Origin: an uncultured Fimbriimonadaceae bacterium
GTDB taxonomy: Bacteria; Armatimonadota; UBA10988
DNA: 64,000 nucleotides
Direction: 5' to 3'
Assembly: GCA_964531735.1 (NCBI GenBank)
Contig: CAZHGD010000012.1
Span: forward strand, 1-64,000
Shown here: positions 1 to 8,974 of the stretch, piece after piece
Layout of the letters: each line of letters begins with the position of its first letter
Numbering within the stretch: position 1 is the stretch's first letter
The notes under the pieces: model-generated
What the model was told of the DNA's origin: nothing
The model's database searches: none
What the model saw: the letters and a program-made list of their open reading frames with translations, nothing else
Position numbers and translations under genes: made by a program

Positions 1-1283
1 GGATCGCCGAGCTGAGGGCGCAGATCGAGCCGCTGGACGCGGAACGCCTGGGTCTGGAGGCAGAGCTGAACCGGCTGACCTTTGAACAGGCGATCTCGCC
101 CACGGGCGACGGCCCGGTGGGGGAAGCGCTGGCGGCGGCGCGGGTGGTCATCGCGCGGCTGGAGAGCCGGCTGCACGCGGAGCGCGAGACCGCGCGCCGG
201 CGGCAGCAGGCGGAGCGCGAGGCTGCGGAGGAGCAGGGGCGCCTCGAACGCGCCATCGCGGTCTGGGAGCGCGAGTTGGGCGAGTTGGCCGAGTCGCTGA
301 GCGGTTGGCGCGCCGAGTGGACCGAGCGCCATGGCGCCCGCGAGGAGCGGCAGCAGGCGCTGACCGCGAAGCAAGCCATGCGGCAGGACGCCGCGCGCCT
401 GGTGGAGCAGTCGACCGCCGGCTCGCGTCAGGCCCGGCAGGCGCTGGCCGAGGCGCAGGAGGCCACCCACCGCGCCGAGCTGCGGCGCACGCAGGCCGAT
501 AGCGAACTGGGCCATCTGCAACAGGCCCTGGCCGACGATCATGACGGCCTGACCATCGAGCAGGCCCGGCAGCGGGCGGTCGAGCTGCCCAACCGGCAGG
601 AGGCCGCCGACGAGCTGGCGCGCCTACGCGCCGCCATCGATGAGCTTGGCGACGTCAACCTCGGCGCCGTCGAGGAGTTCGAGCGCGTCACCGAGCGGCT
701 GCTCTTCTACGAGAAGCAGCGAGCGGACCTGCAGCAGGCCCGACAGGACCTGCTGGAGGTGATCGCCGAGATTGACGAGCTGACGGTCGAGCGCCTGGAC
801 CAGGCGTTCACGGCGGTGAACCGCGAGTTCACCGCCATGTTCACGCGCGTGTTCGGCGGCGACGGCCACGCCGAGCTGCTCTGGACCGACCCCGACGACA
901 TTCTCAACAGCGGTCTCGAGGTGCTCGCCCGGCTGCCGGGCAAGCGCGCGCAGAACATCCTGCTGCTGTCCGGTGGCGAGCGCGCGATGACCACCATCAC
1001 GCTCCTGCTGGCCATGTTCAAGGTCAAACCGTCGCCATTCTGCTTGCTGGACGAGCTGGACGCGCCGCTGGACGAGGCCAACCTGCGCAAGTACGTGGAG
1101 CTGCTGCGCGAGTTCTCGGCGATCAGCCAGTTCATCGTCATCACGCACAACCCCGAGACCGCGCGCGCGGCGGATGCGCTCTACGGCATCACCATGCAGG
1201 AGCCGGGCGTGTCGCGAGTCTACTCCTACCGCTTGCCGGCCGACGAGCCGGAAGCGTATGACGAGGCCGAGGCCGCCGACTGA
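1..1283 (+). CDS. smc: Chromosome segregation protein SMC, C-terminal part; the 5' end lies upstream of the window
   Basis: Open frame from the window edge (codon phase 3, 6, ...). C-terminal ABC signature LSGGERAMTTITLLLAMFKVKPSPFCLLDELDAPLDEAN and D-loop/H-loop QFIVITHNPET. Long coiled-coil region rich in E/R/Q/A upstream. Confidence 0.9.
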   Translation, partial: IAELRAQIEPLDAERLGLEAELNRLTFEQAISPTGDGPVGEALAAARVVIARLESRLHAERETARRRQQAEREAAEEQGRLERAIAVWERELGELAESLSGWRAEWTERHGAREERQQALTAKQAMRQDAARLVEQSTAGSRQARQALAEAQEATHRAELRRTQADSELGHLQQALADDHDGLTIEQARQRAVELPNRQEAADELARLRAAIDELGDVNLGAVEEFERVTERLLFYEKQRADLQQARQDLLEVIAEIDELTVERLDQAFTAVNREFTAMFTRVFGGDGHAELLWTDPDDILNSGLEVLARLPGKRAQNILLLSGGERAMTTITLLLAMFKVKPSPFCLLDELDAPLDEANLRKYVELLREFSAISQFIVITHNPETARAADALYGITMQEPGVSRVYSYRLPADEPEAYDEAEAAD

Positions 1284-1293
1284 CCGGGCGGGG

Positions 1294-3462
1294 CTACCGC
1301 CAGCCGTTGGCCTCGAGGTCCAATCGGCCCAGCCGGCGCAGATCGTCGAGCGCCGCGGCGACCCCCGACAGATCCGCGGTGCCGGTGTCGGCCAGGCCCT
1401 GGTTGGCCAGCAGCACCAGTCGATGCCCCGGCGCCAGCTCGCAGCGCGGCTTGACGTTGTAGACGAAATGGCCGCTCAGGATCAGCGTCAGCGGGCCGTC
1501 GCCGCGAGTCACCAGCCGGGGCTCCTTCGGCTCGATGTAGAACTGGTTCGAGCCCAGGAACACCTGGCCGGTGTAGCCCTGACACTCCAGCAGCGGATGC
1601 TGGGTGAAGGTGTGCATCTTCGGCCCCTGAATGGTCACGCGCCCAGGTGGGTCGCCTGGGCTGCCGGCCAGCACCAGGTGGCGGTCCATCTGCTCGGTGT
1701 AGAAGTCGCTCATCACCAGCGAGTGGTTGTCGCGCACCTCCACGCTGGGCGAGACCACGGTGGCCAGGCGGAACAGGAAGCCCAGCAACCCGTCGCGGTC
1801 GGGCGCCCGGCCAGACACCGAGATGGTGCCTTCCAGGCTGTTGGCGAACAGGAACCGCGCGCGGCCGCAGTCCACGAACCGCAGGTTGCCCTGCACGTGC
1901 CGGCCGAGCACCAGGCTGTCCTTGGACAGTCGCTCGAACAGCAGGCCCTGCTGGCCCGGCCGCTTCTGGTACATGCCGTAGACGTACACGCCGTCGTAAG
2001 TGACGCGCGACGGTCCGCCGGTCGACGTCTGCCGGATGTCGGCCAGCGACTTCACCGGCCCGTCGTCGTGGTGGCCGATGCGGAACTGCTCCAGCGTGAT
2101 GTCCTGCGGGTCGGTTACCTCGATGGCCACGCCGTCGGCAGGCCCGCGCCAGAGCAGGCGCGTGAGGAACCCGCTGCCGCCGAACCGGTACCCGCCCCCG
2201 CTCAGCCGCAAGCTGCGCGTGAGCTTGTAAGCGCCCGCCGGCAGGTAGGCCAGCGCGCCGCGACCGGCGGCGCACGCCGCGTCGATGGTCTTCTGGATGG
2301 CCTGCGTGTCATCGGCCTGGCCGTCGCCACGGGCGCCGAAGTCGCGCTTGGCGTCCAGCACGCGGTAGCCGACGTCGACGCTGGAGCGCAGGAAGCTCTG
2401 GTCGGCGCCGCGCAAGGCGCCGCCGAGCTGGCCGGCCGGCAGCTCGACGACCTGCTGTCCGCCGCTCACCAGGTCGGCCGCGCGCGCCGGGGTGTTGCCG
2501 GCCAGCAGCAGCTTCTGCCCGCCCCCGGCCCGCACCGGTGGACCGGCGCCCGGCGGGTCACTGAACACGCAGTCGAACAGCAGTACCGGGGCACCGTTGA
2601 GGTGTACGGCGCCGGCCGCATCGCGCCAGCGCGACACGCGGCAGTCCTGGATGACCACCGGCGCAATGCCGCCGGTGCTGACGAAGCGCGGCGAGCCGAC
2701 CGACGTACACCGGCGCAGCGAGCTGCCGTGCTCGCTGGCAATCTGGCAGTCGACCTGGCGGCTGCCCTCGAAATGGCAGTTGCGCGCGTAGAAGTTGCCA
2801 TGGCTGTCGGTGATGCCGGACCCGCAATCGCGGAATTCACAGCCGTCGAAGCTGTTGTCGTAGTCGTTGAAGGTGCCAATGGCGACGCCCGTGCCGCAGC
2901 GCTCGAACAGGCAGTTCAGGTAGAGGATCTCGGCCGAGGCGACCTTCTGCTGGTGGCCGACGCGGATGCCGGCGGCCGTGAAGTTGGCGAACGCCTCGTG
3001 CTCGTGCCGCACCTCGGTCTCGAAGCGCTGGTCGGCGGCGTGGTCGAACCCCACCGCGGCCTTGCCGCGGCCGTCCCACGAGAGACCGACGTACCGGCTG
3101 TAGGCGACGCCGTTACTGCGGAACATGCGGCCGCCGGACTCGCCGTCCCAGACCAGCTTGGTGTCGCGCCCGGCGCCGACCAGCAAGATGCCATGCCGCG
3201 GTCCGTCCAACGAGAGGGTCCGGGTGAGGCGATAGGTGCCGGCCGGCAGCAACAGGCTGCTGCCATCGCGCATCGCCGACAGTTTGGCCTGCAAGGCCGC
3301 GGTATCATCGGCTACGCCGTCGCCGACCGCGTCGGGCCGGGCACTGACCCAGTCGCTCCGCGGGGCCCAGCTCAGCGCGGGCACGTTCGGCCCGGCCGTT
3401 ACCACCAACGACAGCAGCGCCCACATCGCCATGCTCAGCCTCCGACCGGCCACGCTCACCAC
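1294..3462 (-). CDS. Secreted two-domain right-handed beta-helix glycoside hydrolase, GH55-like (exo-beta-1,3-glucanase family)
   Basis: N-terminal signal peptide (MAMWALLSLVVTAGP). Two tandem Pectate_lyase_3-type motifs, DAVGDGVADDTAALQ and DFGARGDGQADDTQAIQKTIDAA, about 330 aa apart. About 720 aa, as expected for GH55. Confidence 0.7.
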   Translation of the reverse strand: MVSVAGRRLSMAMWALLSLVVTAGPNVPALSWAPRSDWVSARPDAVGDGVADDTAALQAKLSAMRDGSSLLLPAGTYRLTRTLSLDGPRHGILLVGAGRDTKLVWDGESGGRMFRSNGVAYSRYVGLSWDGRGKAAVGFDHAADQRFETEVRHEHEAFANFTAAGIRVGHQQKVASAEILYLNCLFERCGTGVAIGTFNDYDNSFDGCEFRDCGSGITDSHGNFYARNCHFEGSRQVDCQIASEHGSSLRRCTSVGSPRFVSTGGIAPVVIQDCRVSRWRDAAGAVHLNGAPVLLFDCVFSDPPGAGPPVRAGGGQKLLLAGNTPARAADLVSGGQQVVELPAGQLGGALRGADQSFLRSSVDVGYRVLDAKRDFGARGDGQADDTQAIQKTIDAACAAGRGALAYLPAGAYKLTRSLRLSGGGYRFGGSGFLTRLLWRGPADGVAIEVTDPQDITLEQFRIGHHDDGPVKSLADIRQTSTGGPSRVTYDGVYVYGMYQKRPGQQGLLFERLSKDSLVLGRHVQGNLRFVDCGRARFLFANSLEGTISVSGRAPDRDGLLGFLFRLATVVSPSVEVRDNHSLVMSDFYTEQMDRHLVLAGSPGDPPGRVTIQGPKMHTFTQHPLLECQGYTGQVFLGSNQFYIEPKEPRLVTRGDGPLTLILSGHFVYNVKPRCELAPGHRLVLLANQGLADTGTADLSGVAAALDDLRRLGRLDLEANGWR

Positions 3463-3708
3463 GCCGGGCTCGTCTCGGCCGCCGCCGGCGTGCGTCAGTA
3501 TAGCGTCACCGACCGGTTAAGGTGCCGGGCTGCGACGCCGATGCTCTTGCAGCACGATGGTCCAGAGGAAGGTGGCGACGCGCGAACGCCGTAACGGCTG
3601 GCGGCGTTGATCCAGGTAGCGCCCACCGTTAGCTGGCGGGCCTGTCACCGTGTGGCAACAACAGCCGTCCAGCATAGTGTGGTAGGACAACGTGTTCGGA
3701 GCTTCGTG

Positions 3709-4476
3709 ATGGCTTGCCAAGTCAGCTTTGGTCCTCGTTTCAGCCCGCGGTCGGCGCCGGTGACCTTTTGGTTGATCGTGAGTTCGGCCGTGCTGCTGCT
3801 GGCCATGTTCGCGGCCAGCGCCAACCGCGAGTGGGCTCTGCTGCTGGCAGCGCAATTCAGCTTCGATCCGTCGGCCGTCGCGGTGCGCCCGTGGACGGTG
3901 CTGACCTACCCGCTGATGAACTTCAGCAACCCCTTCTGGTTCTTGCTGATGGGCTACTGTCTGTGGTGGGTTGGGGCCGACCTCGAGCGCTGGTGGGGTT
4001 CACGGGTCCACGCTGGGTTCCTGTTGGCGGTGACCTGCCTGACCGCCTTGATGGTCTACTGCGCGACGCTGCTCGCGCCGCGCATGGGCCAGGCGGTGTT
4101 GGTGGGCGCCAGTCCGCTGCTGGCCGCCCTGATGACCGTCTGGGGTCTGCGCAATCCGCGCTCCACGGTGGTGCTGATCATCGTGCCCGTGACCGGGGCC
4201 GTGGTCGCTGTCCTGGCGGTGGCCTCCATCTGGTTCTCCTATGGGATCTACCACGGCCTGTTCGCCACGCTGGGCAGCGCCGGCCTGGGTGCCCTGTATT
4301 TCTACCAGGGCCACCACTTCCACCAGGTCGTGCGCAAGATCGGCCCCACGCCGGAAGAGCGCGCCGCCCGCGATCGCGACCGGCGGTTCCGCCGCATCAT
4401 GGAGCAGTCGGGGTTGTACCTGGTCGACGATGACGAGGAGCACCGCCGGCGGCACGGAGGATCCTCGAAGTCCTGA
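3709..4476 (+). CDS. Rhomboid-family intramembrane serine protease (putative)
   Basis: Multiple TM helices with GASP (Gly-x-Ser) and a downstream His (GIYHGLF) on separate TMs. GGAG RBS 8 nt before the ATG at 3709. The N-terminal extension in the ORF track (from 3607) is less likely. Confidence 0.65.
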   Translation: MACQVSFGPRFSPRSAPVTFWLIVSSAVLLLAMFAASANREWALLLAAQFSFDPSAVAVRPWTVLTYPLMNFSNPFWFLLMGYCLWWVGADLERWWGSRVHAGFLLAVTCLTALMVYCATLLAPRMGQAVLVGASPLLAALMTVWGLRNPRSTVVLIIVPVTGAVVAVLAVASIWFSYGIYHGLFATLGSAGLGALYFYQGHHFHQVVRKIGPTPEERAARDRDRRFRRIMEQSGLYLVDDDEEHRRRHGGSSKS

Positions 4477-4487
4477 CGCGAATCGAA

Positions 4488-4517
4488 TCCCGCCCGGCGG
4501 CTCCGGCCGCTGGGCGG
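4488..4517 (+). terminator. GC-rich imperfect inverted repeat downstream of the rhomboid gene (possible intrinsic terminator without U-tract)
   Basis: cccgcccggcgg...ccgctgggcggg, about 11 of 12 bp complementary. No T-run, so weak as a classic terminator. Confidence 0.25.
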
Positions 4518-4542
4518 GCCGGCTCGCGGTGCGAGCGGGGCG

Positions 4543-4571
4543 TTGTGATGCCCCGGCCATTGCGTCATAAT
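4543..4571 (+). promoter_or_regulatory. Candidate sigma70-like promoter TTGTGA-N17-CATAAT upstream of the 4622 gene
   Basis: AT-rich hexamers stand out against the 70% GC background. Correct spacing. About 50 nt upstream of the ATG at 4622. Confidence 0.35.
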
Positions 4572-4621
4572 GTGGGCAGGCGTGGCCGACAGGACTGGCC
4601 CGGTGGTTCGGGAGGCGCAAG

Positions 4622-5023
4622 ATGCCGGACAAGCTGCCCCATCTGGAAGCGGTCAGGCAACTGGTCGAAGAGGAACACCTCAAGTTGGAGCCGGGCGGCC
4701 TGGGCCAGCGGATACGCAGCGCCGTCTACTACGACCCGCAGCGTCCCGGCCGCGAGGGTGATGTCTTCCTGTTCGAGGTGATCAGCAACTTCGGCGAGGG
4801 CGTGTGCACGCTGCCGTTGTTTGAGATCCGCCACCAGTGGGACGACGCGGATCCGGGCACATCGCTGTGCATGGTCCTGTGCAGCCCTGAGGAGTTCGTG
4901 GCGGCCGTCAGGGCCGACATCGAGCAGATCCGCGAGCTCAGGCGGGCCATCGACCGGCAGGCCGCAGCCTTCATCCATGGGGGGAACCCGTTCGATGTCT
5001 TCGCTCCGCTTGCCGCCCAGTGA
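4622..5023 (+). CDS. Hypothetical protein (133 aa), first gene of a two-gene module
   Basis: GGGAGG RBS 7 nt upstream of ATG. Good codon periodicity. No recognisable family motif. Confidence 0.6.
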   Translation: MPDKLPHLEAVRQLVEEEHLKLEPGGLGQRIRSAVYYDPQRPGREGDVFLFEVISNFGEGVCTLPLFEIRHQWDDADPGTSLCMVLCSPEEFVAAVRADIEQIRELRRAIDRQAAAFIHGGNPFDVFAPLAAQ

Positions 5024-5552
5024 TCTGTGGCTGGACCAAGCCCGGTCGGACCTCGCGGTCCTGGCCCTGTTGGTCCGGAGTGACGGCGACGCGCTGGAGC
5101 CCCGGTTGCGCTGCCAGGCCATCGCCAAAGCCCAGCAAGTCGTCGAGAAGTCAGTGAAGGGGATGTACGGCATCCTGCTGGAGCATGGGGCGATCGCCGA
5201 ACTCGTGGCCGGCGTCGAGTGGTTCGACCACTACCCGGCCAAGATGATGGCAGCGCTGTTCATCAGCACGACGCGGCGGCGGTCCAGGCCACTTCTGGAG
5301 GCGGCGCAGGCGCTGCTCGGAGGCGCGGACTACGGATCGGCCACGGCGCTGTGTGGCCTCGCCCCATCGGGCGACCTGCGCCTCAATACGGAGTATCCTT
5401 ACCTGGCCCGCGGGGGCTGGGCGACGCCAGCGGACGAGGACGCTTTCGCGGCCACCGACGTCGAGCGCTATCGCCGGGTGGCCACCGAGTTCCTGTCCGC
5501 AGCGTCCAAGCTGAGGGACTCGGCCATCCTTGGCTTCGCGCGACGACGCTGA
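4995..5552 (+). CDS. HEPN-like domain protein (tentative), overlapping the upstream gene by 29 nt
   Basis: N-terminal helix pattern ARSDLAVLALL...CQAIAKAQQVVEKSVKGMYGIL resembles the HEPN A..DL..A..L...QQA.EK.LKA core. The canonical R-x4-6-H motif is not clearly seen. Confidence 0.45.
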   Translation: MSSLRLPPSDLWLDQARSDLAVLALLVRSDGDALEPRLRCQAIAKAQQVVEKSVKGMYGILLEHGAIAELVAGVEWFDHYPAKMMAALFISTTRRRSRPLLEAAQALLGGADYGSATALCGLAPSGDLRLNTEYPYLARGGWATPADEDAFAATDVERYRRVATEFLSAASKLRDSAILGFARRR

Positions 5553-5626
5553 CACTCGCCGCGTCGAACAGGCTGCCCGGCCCTCCGCTTGCTTGCTGCT
5601 GACCCGGGCCTCGGGTGGAGGTGATG

Positions 5627-8600
5627 ATGCGTTGGCAATGCCTATGGGTGGTGCTACTGGCCACCCGCCTCTCGGCCACCGAGTTCGTCGTGCCGTTGGC
5701 GGCCCAGCCGCCGACTCCGGACGGCCGCATCCAGCCGGGCGAATGGACCGGCGCCGCGTTCGACGGCTTCGCCTGGCAACATCGTCTGGAGCGCCGCCGC
5801 GGGCGCGGGTTCATCACCGCCACCGCCACCGATCTGTACGTGGCCTGCCGCACGCAACTGCCGGCCGAAGGCGGTCTGCTGGCCGCGGTGGACAAGGACA
5901 TCGAGAAGCTGGTCTTCGACGACAGCGCCGAGGTCTGGCTGGATCTGACGCCCGGCACCGCCGACGGCGCCACCTACCAGATGATCACCAACCCGCTGGG
6001 CCGCCGCTACTTCGCGCTGCATCCGCGCGGCTCGACCCAGCCCGATCCCGGCTGGCGTGGCGACTGGACGGTGGCCTGTAGCCAACACGACGGCTGGTGG
6101 GACCTGGAGTGCCGTGTCCCGCTGGCCACACTGGCACCCGGACGGCGCGCCACCGACGGTGCCTTCGGCCTCAACCTCTGCCGCAACTGGAAGCAGGAGT
6201 GGGCGTTCAGTTCACTCGGCGGTGGCGGCTACAAGCCTGACCGCGACGTCGTGGTCCGCTTCGTGGCCACCGGCGCACCGCAAGTGGCGCACGAACAACG
6301 GCGCGACCCGCTGGCTGCCGACGTCGAGAGTGCGCTGGTCGTCCGGTCCGACTCGCCGCTGCGCGTCAAGGCCCGGCAGCGCCTCGAGCGCGACACCATG
6401 CCGGAAGTGACCGTCGAGCAGACGCTCGATCTGGCGGCGGGGCGCCCAGCGGAGGTGGTGCTGCGCTGCGCGCCGGCCGGGAGCGTCAAGCAGCACCAGC
6501 TCAAGCTCGAGGTCACCTCGGAGGACGGGCAGACGGTCTACTACCGCCGCGCGGTGGCCTGGGTCGCCCAGCCGGGCGAGTGGGCCTGGAAGACCGCGCG
6601 GCAGGTCAAGCCGCCCATCGACGTGCAGTTCGCCTACTACCCATACCTCGACAAGCTCCGCCTGCTGGCCGACGTCAGTGGCCTGCCGCCCGAGGCCAAG
6701 CTCGCGCGCGTCGACGTGCAACTGCGCCGCAAGGGGCGGCCGGGCGAAGTGGTCAAGCGGCTGAGCCTGGACCACTTCGACGCCAACGGCCGCCAGGCGA
6801 TCGAGACGCCGCTCCCCGGCCTGGACGGTGAGTATGAGCTGGTGGCCACCGCGATGGGCGCCAACGTGCCGGCCGGCGAAGTGGTCAAGCCTTTGGTGCG
6901 CACGCGGTACGAGTGGGAGCGGAACCCGGCCGGCCGCCGGGCGGCGGTCTACGCGCCGTTCACCGCGCTGCGCTGGTCGGCCGCGGACCAGACGGTCAGC
7001 GCCGCGCTACGCACGCACCGGCTCAACGGCCTGGGCCTGTGGGACCAGGTCACGGCGCGCTCGGCGCACACCGGTGTGGAGCGCCCGCTGCTGGCCGCGC
7101 CGATGCGCTTCCGCGTGACCAGCGCTGCCGGGCAGGCCACGGTCACGCCGGCCACGCTCGGCGTGACCACTACCGGCGACGCCCAGCAGCAGTTCACCGG
7201 CGGCTTCAGCGCCGGGCCGCTGACCGCCCGGACCGCCTGCACGATGGAGGTGGATGGCCTGCAACGCGTGGCGCTGACGCTGCAACCCACCGGCGGGCAG
7301 ACGATCCACGAACTGACGCTCGAGATCCCGCTGCGAGCCGATCAGGCCACGCTGATGCACGCCATGGCCGAAGGCATCCGCAACTCGATCTGGTCGCAAG
7401 CCATCCCCGCCGGCCAGGGCGTCGTCTGGGACGCGGGCAAGTTGGCGGTCAGCGAGTTCCCGCGCAACTTCGGCACCTATCTGTTCTGCGGCAGTCCCGT
7501 TCGCGGTCTGTGCTGGTTCGCGGAGAACGACGCCGGCTGGAGCTGGGACGCCGCCAAGCCGAACCTGGAGCTCGTCCGCGAGGGCGAGACGGTGCTGATG
7601 CGCGTGCACCTGGTCAACAAGCCGGTGGTGCTCACCGCGCCGCGGACCATCACCTTCGGGCTGCAGGCCGCGCCGCTGAAGCCGCGCCTGGCGCCCTGGC
7701 GCTGGCGGTTCTGGCGTGACCGCTACTCCATCCTGGGCACCGACATCAACTGGCTCGCGCTCGGCGACTGCGGTTCGGTCTACCCGGCGGGCAAGGACCT
7801 CTACCTCTGGGACATGATCCGCCGCGGTAATCGCGAGAAGCTGACCGAGGCGGACCTGCAGGCGGTCATCGCGCACGGGCGCAAGTACTGGGAGCCGTAT
7901 GGGCCCCAGGCGGTGGAGAACTTCGTGCGGCACGCCCGCTACAACCTGACCGGCCGCTATGGCACGAAGATGGTCTTCTACTACAACCGCGCCAGCTACC
8001 AGGCCGCCGACGAGTTCCAGACCTTCGAGGACGAATGGTCGAAGAACGACTACCGCAGCATCGGTCCGGGCCGGGGCATCGGCGAGATACCGATCGTGCC
8101 GAGCGAGTCCTACACCGACCACGCGCTGTGGTGGTATGCCAAATCGTTCGACCTGGGCGGCAACCAGGCGGTCTACTGGGACAACTGGTTCATCCAGCCG
8201 TCGCAGAACACGGTCATGACCGACGCCTACCGCCGTGCCGACGGCGCGATCATGCCGGCGGCGGGCCTGTGGGGCCTGCGCGAGCTGTCGCGGCGGACGT
8301 TCAACCTGATGCACGAACGGCGGATGCTGCCGCTGACCATGCCGCACATGACCTCGACCAACATCCTGCCGCTCCACGGCTTCGCTACGGTGCAGTACGA
8401 CCTGGAATGGCGCTACAGCGAAGGCGACATGCAGGACCGCTTCACGCGCGAGTATCTGCTGCTGTGTACCACCGGCGAGCTCGCCGGCACCTGGCCGGTG
8501 CTGCTCGGCGATCAGGGCAACAAGAGCGAGGACGCCTGGATCCAGCGCACCTACGCGGCGGTCAGCATCGTGCATGAACTCGATCCCACGGCGCGGGCCT

Positions 8601-8968
8601 GGTCGAAGACCTGGCAGAGCGTCTGGAAGCCGCTGATGGACCCGATTCTGGCGCTGCTGGACGACCCCGGCCTGCAGGTCTGGCGCTATTGGGACGAGCG
8701 CCCGCAGCCGGCGACGACCGGGCACCCGGACCTGCCGACCATCGTCTATGCCGTACCGGGCAAGACCGCGGTGGTGGCCGTGGTCAGCTACGCGCGGCAG
8801 GATGAGGAGGTCACGCTGAAGGTGGATGCCAAGGCCTTGGGCTTCGGCGGCGCGGTGACGGTGAAGGACGCGGAGACGAGCGAGGCGCTGCCGGTGACTG
8901 ACGGCGCGGTGCGGTTCAGGCTGAAGAAGCACGATATCCGCGAGCTGCGGCTCCAGCCACAGGCGTAG
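5627..8968 (+). CDS. Large secreted protein (about 1110 aa) with an N-terminal carbohydrate-binding-like domain; probable glycan-active enzyme of unknown family
   Basis: Signal peptide MRWQCLWVVLLATRLSA after a GGAGG RBS. CBM9-like P..DG.I.PGEW motif. Consistent coding periodicity across 3.3 kb. The antisense 755-aa ORF is rejected. Confidence 0.75.
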   Translation: MRWQCLWVVLLATRLSATEFVVPLAAQPPTPDGRIQPGEWTGAAFDGFAWQHRLERRRGRGFITATATDLYVACRTQLPAEGGLLAAVDKDIEKLVFDDSAEVWLDLTPGTADGATYQMITNPLGRRYFALHPRGSTQPDPGWRGDWTVACSQHDGWWDLECRVPLATLAPGRRATDGAFGLNLCRNWKQEWAFSSLGGGGYKPDRDVVVRFVATGAPQVAHEQRRDPLAADVESALVVRSDSPLRVKARQRLERDTMPEVTVEQTLDLAAGRPAEVVLRCAPAGSVKQHQLKLEVTSEDGQTVYYRRAVAWVAQPGEWAWKTARQVKPPIDVQFAYYPYLDKLRLLADVSGLPPEAKLARVDVQLRRKGRPGEVVKRLSLDHFDANGRQAIETPLPGLDGEYELVATAMGANVPAGEVVKPLVRTRYEWERNPAGRRAAVYAPFTALRWSAADQTVSAALRTHRLNGLGLWDQVTARSAHTGVERPLLAAPMRFRVTSAAGQATVTPATLGVTTTGDAQQQFTGGFSAGPLTARTACTMEVDGLQRVALTLQPTGGQTIHELTLEIPLRADQATLMHAMAEGIRNSIWSQAIPAGQGVVWDAGKLAVSEFPRNFGTYLFCGSPVRGLCWFAENDAGWSWDAAKPNLELVREGETVLMRVHLVNKPVVLTAPRTITFGLQAAPLKPRLAPWRWRFWRDRYSILGTDINWLALGDCGSVYPAGKDLYLWDMIRRGNREKLTEADLQAVIAHGRKYWEPYGPQAVENFVRHARYNLTGRYGTKMVFYYNRASYQAADEFQTFEDEWSKNDYRSIGPGRGIGEIPIVPSESYTDHALWWYAKSFDLGGNQAVYWDNWFIQPSQNTVMTDAYRRADGAIMPAAGLWGLRELSRRTFNLMHERRMLPLTMPHMTSTNILPLHGFATVQYDLEWRYSEGDMQDRFTREYLLLCTTGELAGTWPVLLGDQGNKSEDAWIQRTYAAVSIVHELDPTARAWSKTWQSVWKPLMDPILALLDDPGLQVWRYWDERPQPATTGHPDLPTIVYAVPGKTAVVAVVSYARQDEEVTLKVDAKALGFGGAVTVKDAETSEALPVTDGAVRFRLKKHDIRELRLQPQA

Positions 8969-8974
8969 CGGCCG

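Noticed and set aside
82-300. Small ORFs 82-300 and 305-502 nested in the smc frame.
   Set aside because: Out-of-frame overlaps of a gene with an unambiguous SMC signature, and their translations are Arg-rich junk.
3675-3690. Shared TGTGGTAG octamer upstream of two genes (3681 and 62379) as a lineage-specific promoter element.
   Set aside because: The expected number of occurrences of this octamer in 128 kb of both strands is about 1, so two copies are not statistically meaningful.
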